From positions 1,912 to 65,911 of IMG/VR virus record IMGVR_UViG_3300006045_001056: a DNA stretch of 64,000 nt; one strand, given 5' to 3'. Shown here one piece after another: positions 1 through 13,400 of this stretch. The notes below the pieces were generated by a model. The model was not told the origin of the DNA. It saw only the letters and a list, made by a program, of their open reading frames with translations, and did not search any database. This DNA comes from a virus. The translations under genes were made by a program, and so were the position numbers. Numbering within the stretch: position 1 is the stretch's first letter; each line of letters starts with the position of its first letter.

Positions 1-419
1 TTAATCAGTTTTTTGTCTTTTTTCGGCAATTCTTTGAATATTTTTAAAAATATGCCGAGTTTTTTTGTTTTTGTTTTATCAGGTTCGCCGTTTATTTTTG
101 AAAAATAATTCTTGTAATCTATAATATCCGGCGTTATGATCATTTCCATATTATTAACTTTATCAGCAATTTTCAGTTCTTTATAAAATAAATTTTTAGC
201 TGTTTTATATAACCAGCCTTCAGGATTTGAATGATTATGAAAATCTAATTGATTCAATTGAGCGGTCCAATATGTATTTTGAACTATATCTTCGGCTAAA
301 TATCTATCGCCAGATGTTAATTTCAACACGTACATTTCTAAATTTTTATATGTATATTCACAAAAATCTGAAAAAACCTTTTTGTTATCTTCTAAATTAT
401 CTTTAAAATTCCAAAACAT
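1..419 (-). CDS. ECF-type RNA polymerase sigma factor (runs off left edge)
   Basis: Manual translation from ATG at 419 (GGAG RBS upstream): MFWNFKD...YLAEDIVQNTYW...NPEGWLYKTAKNLF; sigma-70 region 2 ECF-like motifs. Not in the ORF track because no stop lies in the window. Confidence 0.75.
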   Translation of the reverse strand, partial: MFWNFKDNLEDNKKVFSDFCEYTYKNLEMYVLKLTSGDRYLAEDIVQNTYWTAQLNQLDFHNHSNPEGWLYKTAKNLFYKELKIADKVNNMEMIITPDIIDYKNYFSKINGEPDKTKTKKLGIFLKIFKELPKKDKKLI

Positions 420-680
420 ATTTTTTCTCCTTTTCCTTTTTATTCTTGTTATAATTCTCCTGATTTTTTAAATAATTATTAAAATATATCCGCAAAATTA
501 AACATTTCATTCATAATTATTTCCCAAAATGTTTTATATTATGTGTAAACACTATTATATCATAACAGGAAAAAGATAGCAATATATATAATTAAATATT
601 TTTAAAATTTACAAAATATTATTAATTATCTTAATTATTTCAATTATTTCAATAAAAATTATAAATTTTTAAAATTGCTC

Positions 681-709
681 TTGACATAAAGGCAAGAGAT
701 ATGTATAAT
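681..709 (+). promoter_or_regulatory. Consensus sigma-A promoter upstream of the tRNA locus
   Basis: TTGACA (681-686), 17 nt ending in TG, TATAAT (704-709). Confidence 0.85.
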
Positions 710-746
710 ATATATTAATTATAAAAAAATATATAATAATATTTAT

Positions 747-785
747 GCGAGAGTGGTGGAATTGGCAGACACGCACGTTTGTAGG
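747..785 (+). pseudogene. 5' half of a tRNA-Leu (remnant)
   Basis: GCGAGAGTGGTGGAATTGGCAGACACGCACGTTTG matches the 5' half of the intact tRNA-Leu at 1214; no matching anticodon 3' arm, T-arm or acceptor follows. Confidence 0.7.
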
Positions 786-933
786 GACTTCGGCACGATG
801 ATTAAATTCCTAAGCGATTTTGATAAAGCAGAATACAGTCTTGGAAATCTAAACGATTTCAAAAATAAAAACACAGGGTAAAGATTCGTCAAAAATTTTT
901 CGCCGATTTTAATCGGTCGTAAAACTCCCGATA

Positions 934-1020
934 AAAATGCGGCGAACTTTTTTCTGATAAAAAAACTCCGCCGCATTTTACTGTTTCACCTTTTCCATTT
1001 TCTTACTTTTCTTTTTGCAT
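934..1020 (+). terminator. Hairpin plus pyrimidine tract (terminator/attenuator-like)
   Basis: AAAATGCGGCG (934-944) pairs with CGCCGCATTTT (969-979), followed by a long T/C-rich run. Confidence 0.5.
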
Positions 1021-1213
1021 TATTTTACAAATTCGAGTGTCTCAATATATATTTGTTTTCCCTCTTCAAATTCATTTATATGTTTTGGCAGACTATAATT
1101 TTTAGCACTCGGTTGACATAAATTTCCTCTCGTGAGAAAACAAAATCTTTATATGTGAGAGGGACTAAAAGCCAACTGAAATATCTCCCGTAAAATGGGG
1201 CAAAATTGAATAT

Positions 1214-1298
1214 GCGGTTGTGGTGGAATCGGCATACACGCACGTTTGAGGGGCGTGTCCAGCAATGGGTACGAGTTCAAGTCTCGTCAACCGCACCA
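1214..1298 (+). tRNA. trnL: tRNA-Leu (anticodon GAG)
   Basis: Acceptor GCGGTTG/CAACCGC, anticodon arm CACGT-TTGAGGG-GCGTG, long variable arm, GTTCAAG T-loop, encoded CCA. Confidence 0.97.
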
Positions 1299-1302
1299 AT
1301 AA

Positions 1303-1332
1303 AAAAAACCTTGATTTGGGTCAAGGTTTTTT
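1303..1332 (+). terminator. Rho-independent terminator after tRNA-Leu
   Basis: AAAAAACCTTGA-tttggg-TCAAGGTTTTTT. Confidence 0.85.
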
Positions 1333-1358
1333 GCTTTTTTATAAAAATTTGATACTAT

Positions 1359-1403
1359 AAAATCACCCCTACGGAAACTTAAAATGACCGTAGGGGCGAT
1401 TTT
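1359..1403 (-). terminator. Hairpin downstream of the giant surface-protein gene (probably bidirectional terminator)
   Basis: AAAATCACCCCTACGG ... CCGTAGGGGCGATTTT inverted repeat 13 nt past the stop at 1417. Confidence 0.7.
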
Positions 1404-1416
1404 TATTTATTATGAA

Positions 1417-4400
1417 TTAGACATCATTATCTTCGTCATCGCCGAAAATCTCGAAAAGGAAACGTTTCATTATCATCGCAATTTCTGCGCGGGTAGCCTC
1501 TCCCTGTGGAACTGTTGTGGTTTCGGTGCGACCGACAATCAGACCAACTGCAACTGCCCACTGCATTGCTTCGAGTGCCCAGTCGGAAATCTTGCCGGCA
1601 TCTTCATACTTAGACAAGTCTGCTCGTGCGCTTACATCAAATCCCATTATTTCAGCGTAACGGTAGAATACTGTCACGATCTGTTCACGGGTCAACAGTT
1701 CGCTTCCTTTGAATGTACCATCTGGGAAACCGTTCATCAATCCAGTTTCATATGCCCAGATTATTGCGTCTGAATACCATTCTCCGGCAATAACATCGCT
1801 GAAGGGAATTATTGCATCTTCGCTTACTTCCGGTTCGCCATTTAACCGGTAAAGTATTGTCGCCAGCATATAACGGTTCGTCACATCATGAGGTTTGAAT
1901 GTATTAGTGTTTCCTGAACCTATCATAATTCCCAATTGATTCATAATACGCGCTGCTTCAGCAAACCAGTCATCTTCTTTTACATCGGTATAAGGATTCA
2001 CGTACCCTTCTGCCGACGGTTCGTCACCAAATTTTGCATTACTTAACGGGGTATCTTTGTCGGAAATTTCCTCCAAATCACCAGAATCATCATCGTCAGA
2101 GGTATTATCAGAATCAATGCCTGAACCTGTTTCACCCGTTGTATCGCCATCGGTAGGAGGAGTGTATGGAGGAACATAAGAATCACCTGAACCGCTACTG
2201 GTATTAATCGTATATACAAATGTAGCGACATCGCTGACAATTTCGCCGTCTATTACAGCAACAGCCTTAATTGTTACGCTTTGATTAACTGCTATCGCTC
2301 CGGTGTATAAAATATTATTTATCGTTGGCTCTGTACCGTTAACAGTATAGTAGATTCCTACATTTGCAGCATTAACCGATAATGTTACGCTCTGCGTATT
2401 GGTATATGTTCCCGTTGCTGGATTCGCTGTAATAATATAGTTAATCTTCGTGAAATTCGCTGTTAACATCACGTTGTTGTCCGGCATTGTAAATTCTATT
2501 GATCTCGCCGTATTTTCCGAAAGAGTTATACCGATTGCTGTCCAGCCAGCGAAAGTATAGCCGTTATTCTCTGTTGCAGTGATGCTTACAGGTGTTCCTT
2601 CCGCATAACTTCCACTTGGCATACCTGATACTGTGCCGCCATCGCTTGAATTTATAGTTAATGTGAATATTGTAGGAATTACGGGGTTCACAGTGAAGTT
2701 CACATCAAAACTTGCACTAATTCCATTATCGCCGCTTAATGTTACAGTTACCGTATATGTTCCCTCCGTAAGTTCTGTTTTGGGAACCATATCGAAAGTA
2801 TCAAATTCACCGATAGCAATATCATCAATAGACGTTTTTGAAATTATAAACGCATTGCTGTCCTCACCGTTAAGGGTAATTATCAATTCGCCTGTCGGCT
2901 GATTGCCTGTATTTGTTATTGTGACGGTTTTCGCCGTATTATCTATGAAAGTATAAGCCGACACGTCAAGCGATATGCCATAGAATGGAGTAGGGATATC
3001 TGATGTTATTATAACTGTTGCCATACCGAATTTATTTGTATCTATAGTCGATGTTGCCGTAACTATCAGCGTATTTGCCGTTTCGTCTAAACCCACAGTT
3101 AAAAGACCGATATCAGAAATTGTCGTTTCGTCGCTCTCATTATCCGAAACGCTCCATATTACGGTTTGTTCAGGATTATTTTCGCCTTCAACAGTCGCTC
3201 CGAATTGATGTGTGCCGCCTTGCTGTACCTCAATATCCTGCGGAGACACAATGACGTTTGTGACGATTGCTGAGTCAAGTTCAAAGTTCGCAGTCATTGT
3301 AACTGAGCCTGCAGGCATATTGAATGATACGGAACTTGCAATAATATCAGAAATTGCTACGCCGCTTACAGTCCAATCTTTGAAATGATAACCTATATTT
3401 GCTGTCGCTGTTACGTTCATTTCTGTATTTTCTTCATAAGTGCCGCTTGGAGTTCCTGATATGTTGCCGCCTATGCCAGCCGATACATTAAACTCATATT
3501 TTTGAATATCCGGTACAGTATTCACAGTTAATGTAATAGAGGAGATTGCGGGAGCATTACTTCCATCCGACGGAGTTTCGGGATACGCTATGCCTAACGG
3601 ATTATAGCTTACAGTTAATGTATAAGTCCCTGCTACGAGCGTATCTAAATAACTTGCGCTGAAAATAATTTCATTTTCTGAAACTACATAATCTGTTAAT
3701 TCAATCAATGAATATTCGCCGTTTTTAATATTAGCTATAGTATTGCCGTTCAAATTAATTGTTGCGGATATATTATCTTCTGAGCCTTTTATATAATTAA
3801 TTTTTGTCGTTATTAAGACGCTATCTTCATAAAGCACGATACCTTCAGAATTTATATACGCTACATTATCAGAAGAATCAGACAATTTTACATAGATAAT
3901 ATATTTGTTTTTCGGATTAATGTCAAATGGGCTTGAATAGTCCATCCATTCCGCGTCGAGAGCCTGTATCTGTGCCAGCGTCAATTCCTCATCTGAAAGA
4001 TAATATTGAATTGTCGCGGGATTTCCATTTTTATCGCTGGCTGTAATGGTCACGGTTTGGGTATTCTTGCAGATCAATCCGAATGTTACAGTATTCCAAA
4101 AAGAGTTCCAGTAGTTCGTTTCTATACTTATTTCTCCCGTAGGTGGGGTAACATCTGGTTCGGCGTTCACTACTACGTTGAAATTGTCGGTTTCCGTTAT
4201 ATTATCCTCAGTATAACTGATTATAATAGTTTGTGTACCGATAATGTTAAGAACCGCACCATTTATCGGATTTGATGTAAAATCCGTAACTTCATTATAA
4301 CTGCTGTCGCTATAACTTGCGGTCACGACCATTCCTGTGAGGTCAAGTGCTTCGCCTACAGTATAAACCGTTTTGATTGGCGGTGTTGTCACACTGATAC

Positions 4401-7400
4401 TCTCTAATATTACCGGAATAGCATTTACCGTTATCGTAAAGCTATCGGTTTTCATTATTTCGTTTTCGATGTAGCTTACCGTAACTACTATTATATCTAC
4501 TATATCAAGAATTGTGCCATTTGTCGGTTCTGTCGAGAAGTCCGTAATTATTTTAGTATTTTCGTCACTATATACGGCGGTCACTATCATACCGGACAAG
4601 TCAAGTTCTTCGTCCACAGTATATACTGTTTTATCCGGTAATGTTGTTACAGATATGCTTTCCAGAACAATCGGCAGAGCGTTTACAACCACGGTAAAGC
4701 TGGTTGTTTCTGTTACATCGTTTTCAGTATAACTGACTATTATGGTTTGTGTGCCAATAATATCAAGAATCGTACCATTAACCGGATCAGTAGTATAATC
4801 TGCCACTTCTTCCGAACTTCCGTCGCTATATGCAATAATTACAACTATACCCGTAAGTTCAAGTGGTTCGCCTACGATATATTCCATTTTTTCAGGGAGT
4901 GTTGTTATATTGATTCCCTCTGATATAATCGGACTGGGATTTACTGTGATTGTAAAATCGACCGTTTTTATTATATCGTCTTCCGTATAGCTGACTGTGA
5001 TTGTCTTTATACCAATAGTATCAAGAATATCGCCATCATCAATGCTTGTATTAAAATCTGTTATTTCTTTTTCGCTGCCATCACTATATACAGCAGTTAT
5101 TATTATGCCTGCAAGATCAAAGTTATCTCCTACAATATATTCCATTTTATCAGGCAGAGAAAAAATTATTATATTATCTAATATAATAGGTTCGGGAAGC
5201 ACTTTTAAAGTAATTTCCGTGGTCGCCGGAATATCGTTTTCGTCAGCGTCCACATAATCTACGCCCAATGGATTATAATAGACTGTTAGCGTATATTCAC
5301 CTGTTTCAAGACTTTCAAGGTATTCTGCGTTGAATTTTATTGTACCATCGGAAACAATATAATCCGTTCCGTCCTCAAGCGTGACTTCGCCATTCATAAT
5401 CTTTTGGATTGTGTTGCCGTTGAGCAATACTTCGGCAATCTTATCAAGACCGAAGCCTTTGACAAAATTTATTTCGGTTGTCACCGCTTCGCTGTCGGTA
5501 TATAACACGATACCCGTTGAATTAATATATGTTACGTTTCCGAATTCATCGGTTATCTTAACATAGATTATAATTTTGCTATTCGGATTTATATTGAATG
5601 AATTTTTATAATTTATCCATTCTGTCGTGAATTCATTCAAATCGTCTAATGTCAACTCAGAATCCGAAAGATAATATTGAATCGTTATTTCATCTGTACT
5701 ATCAGAATCTGCGGTTAAAGATACGCTTTTCGTATCTTTATATATTAATCCGAATGTGACGGTATTCCAGAATGTATTCCAGAATGTATTCCAATAATTA
5801 GTTCCTATCACAATTTCCCCTGTTGGCAGGTTTGTAATCGAATCAATAATTTCATACTCAAACAGTCCGCAATTTTCGCAAGTTCTGGTTTTTATGCCTA
5901 CGGTGTTATTTGTTGGCTGAAACTCTGTCACCCATTCACCGAATATATGATTTCCGCAGGGTATCATTTCTTCAAGTTTAAGTAAATCTCCACAGACATC
6001 GCAGAGTATCGCTTTATATCCGACTGTATTCTCAGTCGGGGGAACTATAACAGTCCAATTATCGCTATGGCAGACATGAGGCTCAACCACATCAATTATA
6101 TAGGTATGTATATAGCCTTCGCTATTTTCAATATAGAGAATACCTCCCACACTATTTAAAGGCGTAATTTCAATTATACCAGAACCTTTAAATTCCAAAA
6201 CACCGTCTATATATGTGGCTGTTTCATTATTCGTTGATAATATGAAATCCGTACTTGATGTTGATGCGAAACTTGACATCCTTGAATCGCGTGTTGCGGC
6301 GGGTTCTATCCACGCTCTGCTTGTTGATTCTCCAGTTCCTTTAACATTTAATCGTGCTATATTATCTTCGACGACTTTAATTCTTTTTACAGCGTCTTGA
6401 TATCCTGTTATATCTTTAGCAAACGGAACGCCTAACACATCTCCGCTTATCTCGCCAAAAGAAGCTATTACTAAATCATATATGTATTGTCCAATATTAT
6501 CAACCCCGAAATAACGTGCTCCGACGGGGATTAATTTAATTGTATACGGAATTTCGGTTGTGGAACCGCTTAATGTTGTTACAGCAACATTTGTTACAAC
6601 AAAACGTATCGGAATATTAGCAATCGCAAAACGAATAGAATCATAAATATTAAATTTAGTTTCTTCCCCCTTGCCGAATTCCATATAATCAAGAATGTCT
6701 CTTAATCCCCAAATACCTTCTATTAATTCCCAACTCAAGCCACCACTGTCAACAATGGAAGATAACGAGTCTATCCAACCACCCAAGCTATTCAAAGCAT
6801 TTGCGGCGGCATTAAGCATTTTCAAAGAAGTCATCAAAGTTTCAATATTATCTACCATCCCGATTAGTTTATTAAGTTCATGTTGAATCATTTCGGAATG
6901 GAACATAATATTAGTAGTCATTTCAATTATTATTTTATCGCCCGGTTTAAATTCTTTTGCGCTGGCTGAAGTTCCTGATATTACGTGTTCTTCCGTTACT
7001 ACAGTGCCGTCAGAATAATGCGTTACTTGTCCTTGAAGTGCATAAATCGTATGGCTCACACCGTAAAGGGATTTGTGAGAGACATTTTCGAGTTCAATCC
7101 TAATTGTATAATCTTCTCCTTCAAAAGCGGAATCAGGGATATAGAAAGTCATATGCATCGCACTACCTGCATAAACTTTTATCGGGTCTTGAGCAACATA
7201 TTCATAACTGAATCGTTCGTCGAACGGCATCATTGTACCTTGCAAGGAAGCAGTTACGCTGTAAGTCCCTTCTTTATCACCACGTATATACCAATGAACA
7301 GATTTGCTGCCTCCTTCTTCAATATAATCTATTGTTTGAACGGCACTTTGCGCTCCATAGACCATATCCGCTAATGACAACCCATCTGGTAAAGTAAGTT

Positions 7401-10400
7401 CAGCCACACAATCCTCGATTGTGTCGGTAAGTGAATTATTAATAACGAGTAATTCTGCATCAAACATTTCTTTCAGCCAGCGAACTTCTCCGTAAATAAT
7501 TAAATAGAACCGTTCGGAAACAGGGAATATAGTAACATCAGTACCATCAGATAACCTCCATCCGAATCCGCCGCCGCCGGTTCCTCCGGGGCTATACCCG
7601 CCGTTATACCATAAAACCCCATCACTTCCTCTGCCACCGCCACCATCAGGACCGACACCTCCTAAGAAATCGCCCGTGCCATTAAAGAACGCTATTATAC
7701 TTAACACGTCAATTTCCGCTCTAAACGTGATTTCAACTTGATATCTATAAACATGCTGGTTACCCGGTGCGTTTGGATCAATCCCTGCTGCAATTATTTC
7801 ATCATAAGTCATTTCTCTGACAGTTAATTTTCCTTCTACCATTGGTTTCTCGCTCAAACCAATACGTGGGATTTCTTGAATGCCGGGTTTTATTGTTATT
7901 TTTAATTCACGTACTAAATAACCATTCGCATAAGCTGAGATTGTTAAGTTGCCAACGGGCAACACTTGACTTATTTTACCATTAGAGTCCGTTGATAATG
8001 TACATTCACCATCATTCGGTGTGGAGATAAATATTGATGCTCCACTGATAGGTTCAAGGGTTGTTGCATTTACAACTGTGAAATTAGCTAAACCATATTC
8101 ATTTGTTTGACTTATATCAATAAATATCTGCGGTAAATTTTCAGTTTCTTTTTCTCCGCAAATTTCGCATTCCCTGCTTTTTAATCCATTTGCAAGTACC
8201 GTTGCTTCTTTTTCGGTTGACCATTCACCGAATGTATGTCCCGTTGCTGGAATTATTTCAGATTCAAGTTCAACATTATCTATAATACAATAATTTTTCT
8301 TTAAACCATCTTCTATGCATGTCGCTTCTTTAACTATTATCCAATCGCCCGGCGTATGTCCAAGAGGCTCTAAAACTTCTATATAATTATATCCGCAGAT
8401 TGAACAAGTATTAATTGCAGATCCGCCGCGAGTACACGTTGGAGATGTTTCTATCGTCGTGAAAAATTCGTGATCGTGAGCATCAAGCAGGAAATACGGA
8501 TAACCATTATTTTCTGCCGCGTAGTGAGCCGCTGAACCGGAATAACAATATATTTTTAATTTCGGGCAGTTATTAAAACTATTTGCCGCAATAGATGTGA
8601 CACTATTTGGTATTAATATTGAAGTCAAGTTTATACATGACGCAAACGAATATGAGGAAAGTGTTGTTAATCCATCATTCAATACAATACTTGTTAACCC
8701 TGCACAACCATCAAACGCATTACTACCTATGGTTTTCAATCCTTCATTAAATATAATTAGCCTTAAACCGCTACAACCAGAATAAGCCGAGTTGCCAATA
8801 GATTCCATAGATTCAGGAAATTCTAAGACACTCAGACTTGAACATCCCATAAATGTAGATTGACTTATTGTTTTTAATCCTTCAACCAAATTAATTTCCA
8901 TAAGCCCCGTGCAGTTGGCAAAAGCATTATTACCGATGATAGCGAGTGTACTGGGTAGCACTACCGTCTGCAGGTTCGTACTACCACTAAACGTGTATGC
9001 TGGTATAGCAGTTACACCCTCTGGAACCGTGATACTTGTCAGCTTCGTACAACCATAGAACAATCGCGACACGTAGCCGATCGAACTGCTCACGTAAGTG
9101 TTGGCGACGTTCGTCAGACTACGAGGATAATTAATGCTCGTCAGGTTCGAGCAACCATCGAACACATAATATCCCATCGTCGTCACGCTGTCTGGCAACG
9201 TCAGGCTCACCAGTCCTGTACACCCACTGAATGCATAGTTATTTACCGTAGACAGAGCATTCGGCAGATTTACTGCAGCCAATCTTATGCACCCGTTGAA
9301 TGTGCTGTCGTTTATCGTTGTCAGCGTATTCGGCAGGCTCACCGTCGTCATGCCCGTACAGCCGCTGAACGCGCTGTTTCCCACTATTGTCAATCCCTCG
9401 TTCAAGGTCACTTCGCTCAGACTTGTACAGCCGTTGAATGTACTATTACCTATCGTTCTCAGACTGTTAACGAAATTTATGTTGCTCAACCCCGTGCAAT
9501 TAGCGAAAGCGTTGTTACCGATACTTTCGAGAGTGTTTGGCAAAACCACCGTCTGAAGGCTCGTGTTGCCGCTGAATGTATATGCTGGTATCGCCGTCAC
9601 ATCCTCCGGAACAGTAATGCTCGTCAGATTCGTACAGCCGTAAAATAGCCGAGACACGTAGCCGATCGAACTGCTCACATAGGTGTTGGCTACACTTGTC
9701 AGACTACGAGGATAGTTGATGCTCGTCAGGTTTGAACAGCCGTCGAACACGTAATATCCCATCGTCGTCACGCTGTCTGGCAACGTCAGACTCACCACAC
9801 CTGTACACCCACTGAATGCGTAGTTTCCTATAGTAGTTAATCCTTCATTCATGATCACTTCACGTAGGCTTATACAACCATTGAACATACTATCGTTTAA
9901 TGTTGTCAATGTACTTGGCAGACTCACTGTCGTCATTTCTGTACAGCCATTGAACACATTGTTACCGACTGATGTCAGCCCTTCGTTCAAGAACAATTCA
10001 CGCAAGCTCGTACAACCATTAAAGGCGTTGTTGCCGATGGTAGCGAGGGTACTGGGCAAAACTATCGTTTGTAGGTTCGTGCTGCCGCTGAATGTGTACG
10101 CCGGTGTTGTTGTCACACCCTCTGGTATCGTGATGCTCGTCAGTTTCGTACAGCCATAGAACAGGCGCGACACATAGCCGATTGAACTGCTCACATATGT
10201 ATTGGCGACACTCGTTAAGCTACGGGGGTAGTTGATGCTCGTCAGGTTTGAACAGCCGTCGAACACGTAATATCCCATCGTTGTCACGCTGTCCGGCAAC
10301 GTCAGACTCACCAAACCCGTACAACCGCTGAATGCATAACTTTCTATCGTTGTCAGCGTATTCGGTAGGCTCACCGTTGTCAACCCTGTGCAGCCGCTAA

Positions 10401-13400
10401 AGATGCTGCTCCCTATTGTTTTTACTGTATTCGGCAATTGTACGATTGTCAACGATCTACAATTAGTGAACGCATTGTTGCCAATCGTTTCCAATCCGTC
10501 GTTAAACCCGATATATGACAAGTTCGTACAGCCAGAAAAAACATTGCTTCCCATTATTTCTAACGTACTCGGCAAGACGACGCTTGTCAGAGTTGTTTTG
10601 TTTTGGAATGCGTTGTTGTCGATTGATTGTACTATATATCCGTTGATTTCCTTCGGTATTATTATAACCGTGTCGCTCCCTGTGTACCCCGTAATCGCAC
10701 AATATGTCCCATTGATGATACGGGTTGTAAATGATGAAGTCAGCGTTACCGTTCCATCAACGACCAATTCTACCACAACATCGGGAAGAACATTTCCGTT
10801 GGAAGAAGCGACGCAATTTATTGTATCAATGTTGATTTTGTAAAGCGGGTGATGGAATCTAACTTGATAAGCGTAGCCAACCCGCGCATTTGTACATACC
10901 CATTCACCAGAAGAGTTTGTGTAATATGTTCCGAGTATTTTTCCACTTAATGTATCATACAATGACACAGAAGCTCCACTAACCCCATTATTATTGGTAT
11001 CTACAACTTTTCCTGATACTGTGACACCTTCATAAACCAATGATTCTGTGGAAAATGGAATGCTGTTTGTATTCGCGTATGTTTCAGCATATGTATCTGA
11101 AATACCATGTATCGTAAGCCTTGAGCAATTTAGGAACACATTGTTGCCGATAGTTGCGGCATTTCGGTCAATCCATACTTTCTCCAACCCCGTGCAATTG
11201 GCAAAGGCGTTGTTGCCGATACTGTCGAGCGTGCTGGGCAGAATCACCGTTTGGATGTTTGTACTTCCACTAAATGTGTACATTGGTATAGCTGTCACGC
11301 CCTCTGGCACGACAATATTTGTCAATTTCGTACAACCGTAGAACAATCGCGACGCATAACCGATTGAGCTGCTAACATATGTGTTGGCTACGCTCGTTAA
11401 GCTACGAGGGTAATTGATGCTCGTCAGGTTTGAACAGCCGTCGAACACGTAATATCCCATCGTCGTCACGCTGTCTGGCAACATCAGACTCACCAACCCC
11501 GTACAACCGCTGAATGCGTAGTTACCCATCGTCGTCAATATATTCGGCAGGCTTACTGTCGTCAGTCCCGTACACCCACTGAATGCGCTATCGCTTAGTG
11601 CCATTAGCGTATTCGGCAAACTCACCTTAGTCATGCCCGTACAGCCGCTGAACGCGCTGTTTCCCACCGATGTTAATCCCTCGTTCAAGGTCACTTCGCG
11701 CAGGCTCGTACAGCCGTTGAATGCACTATTACCTATCGTTTTCAAATTGTCCACGAAATTTATATTACCCAATCCCGTGCAATTGGCGAAGGCGTTGTTG
11801 CCTATACTTTCGAGAGTGTTTGGCAAAACCACCGTTTGCAGGCTTGTACTGCCACTGAATGCGTATGCTGGTATCGCCGTCACTCCCTCTGGTACGACGA
11901 TACTTGTCAATTTCGGACAGCCGTAGAATAACCGCGACACGTAGCCGATCGAACTACTCACGTATGTGTTAGTGACGCTCGTCAGACTGCGAGGATAATT
12001 AATGCTCGTCAGGTTTGAACAGCCGTCGAACACGTAATATCCCATCGTCGTCACGCTGTCAGGTAACGTCAGACTCACCAATTCCATGCAACCACTGAAT
12101 GCGTAATTGCCTATAGTTGTTATCATACTCGGCAGGCTTACTGTCGTCAATCTTATGCAGCCACTGAATGTATTGTCGCTTATTGTCATCAGCGTATTCG
12201 GCAAATTCATCATCGTCATTCCAGTACAGCCATTGAAAGCACTATTACCCAACGATGTAAGTCCCTCGTTCAAAGTCACTTCACGCAAACTGGTACAGCC
12301 GTTGAATGCACTGTTGCCTATCGTCCTCAGACTGTCCACGAAATTCACGTTACTCAGCCCCGTGCAATTGGCGAAGGCGTTGTTGCCGATACTGTCGAGC
12401 GTGCTGGGCAGAATCACCGCCTGAAGGTTTGCGCTACCACTGAACGTGTAAGCCGGTATCGCCGTCACTCCCTCTGGTACGATGATACTTGTCAATTTCG
12501 GACAGCCGTAGAATAACCGAGATACATAGCCGATTGAACTGCTCACATATGTATTGGCTACACTCGTCAGGTTACGAGGGTAATTGACATTCGTCAGGTT
12601 CGAGCAGCCATCGAACACATAATATCCCATTGTTGTCACGCTATCGGGTAGTGTCAGGCTTACCAGTTCTGTACACCCGCTGAATGCGTAACTATCTATT
12701 GTTGTAAGTGTATTCGGCAGGCTTACCGTTGTTAACCCTGTGCAGCCGCTAAATATATTGCTTCCTATTGTTTTTACTGTATTCGATAATTGTACCATCG
12801 TCAACGACCTACAATTAGTGAACGCATTGTTGCCAATCGTTTCAAGTCCGTCGTTGAATCCGATATATGACAAGTTTGTACAACCGGAAAATACATTGCT
12901 TCCTATTGTTTCTAATGTATTTGGTAAGACTACGCTTGTCAGGGTTGTTTTATTTTGGAATGCGTTGTTGTCGATTGTCTGCACTATATAACCGTTGATC
13001 GCGTTTGGTATCACAATCACTATGTCGCTCCCCGTGTAACCAGTTATAGCACAGTATGTCCCATTAATGATACGGGTTGTGAATGATGATGGCGATGTTA
13101 CCGCTCCTCCAGCGATTAGTTCTGCTAAAATATCCGGCAATATATTACCATCAGAAGAGGCGACGCAACTTATTGTATCAATGTTAATTTTGTAAAGCGG
13201 GTGATGGAATCTAACTTGATAAGCGTAGCCAACCCGCGCATTCAGGCAAGCCCAAGTACCAGTAGAATCGGTATAATATGTACCGAGTATCTTTCCATTC
13301 AATATATCGTAAAGAGATACTGATACGCCGCTGATTTCGTTGTTATTAGTGTCTATCACTTTCCCTGATATTGTGACACCCTCATATACTAACGGCTCTG

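Noticed and set aside
1023-1150. Minus-strand protein-like fragment (RGNLCQPSAKNY...LEFVK*)
   Set aside because: No in-frame start or recognisable family; too short to call.
781-1213. Group I intron in tRNA-Leu
   Set aside because: GACTATA-like and ATACAGTC-like segments are in the wrong order for the P7 R/S elements, and no 3' exon complementary to GCGAGAG is present.
1214-1298. tRNA-Leu as the prophage attachment site
   Set aside because: No integrase and no duplicated tRNA 3' end in the window; it cannot be supported without the right boundary.
5754-5795. 12-bp tandem duplication (NTFWNTFW) as a phase-variation site
   Set aside because: In frame and only one extra copy; best read as a minor slippage.
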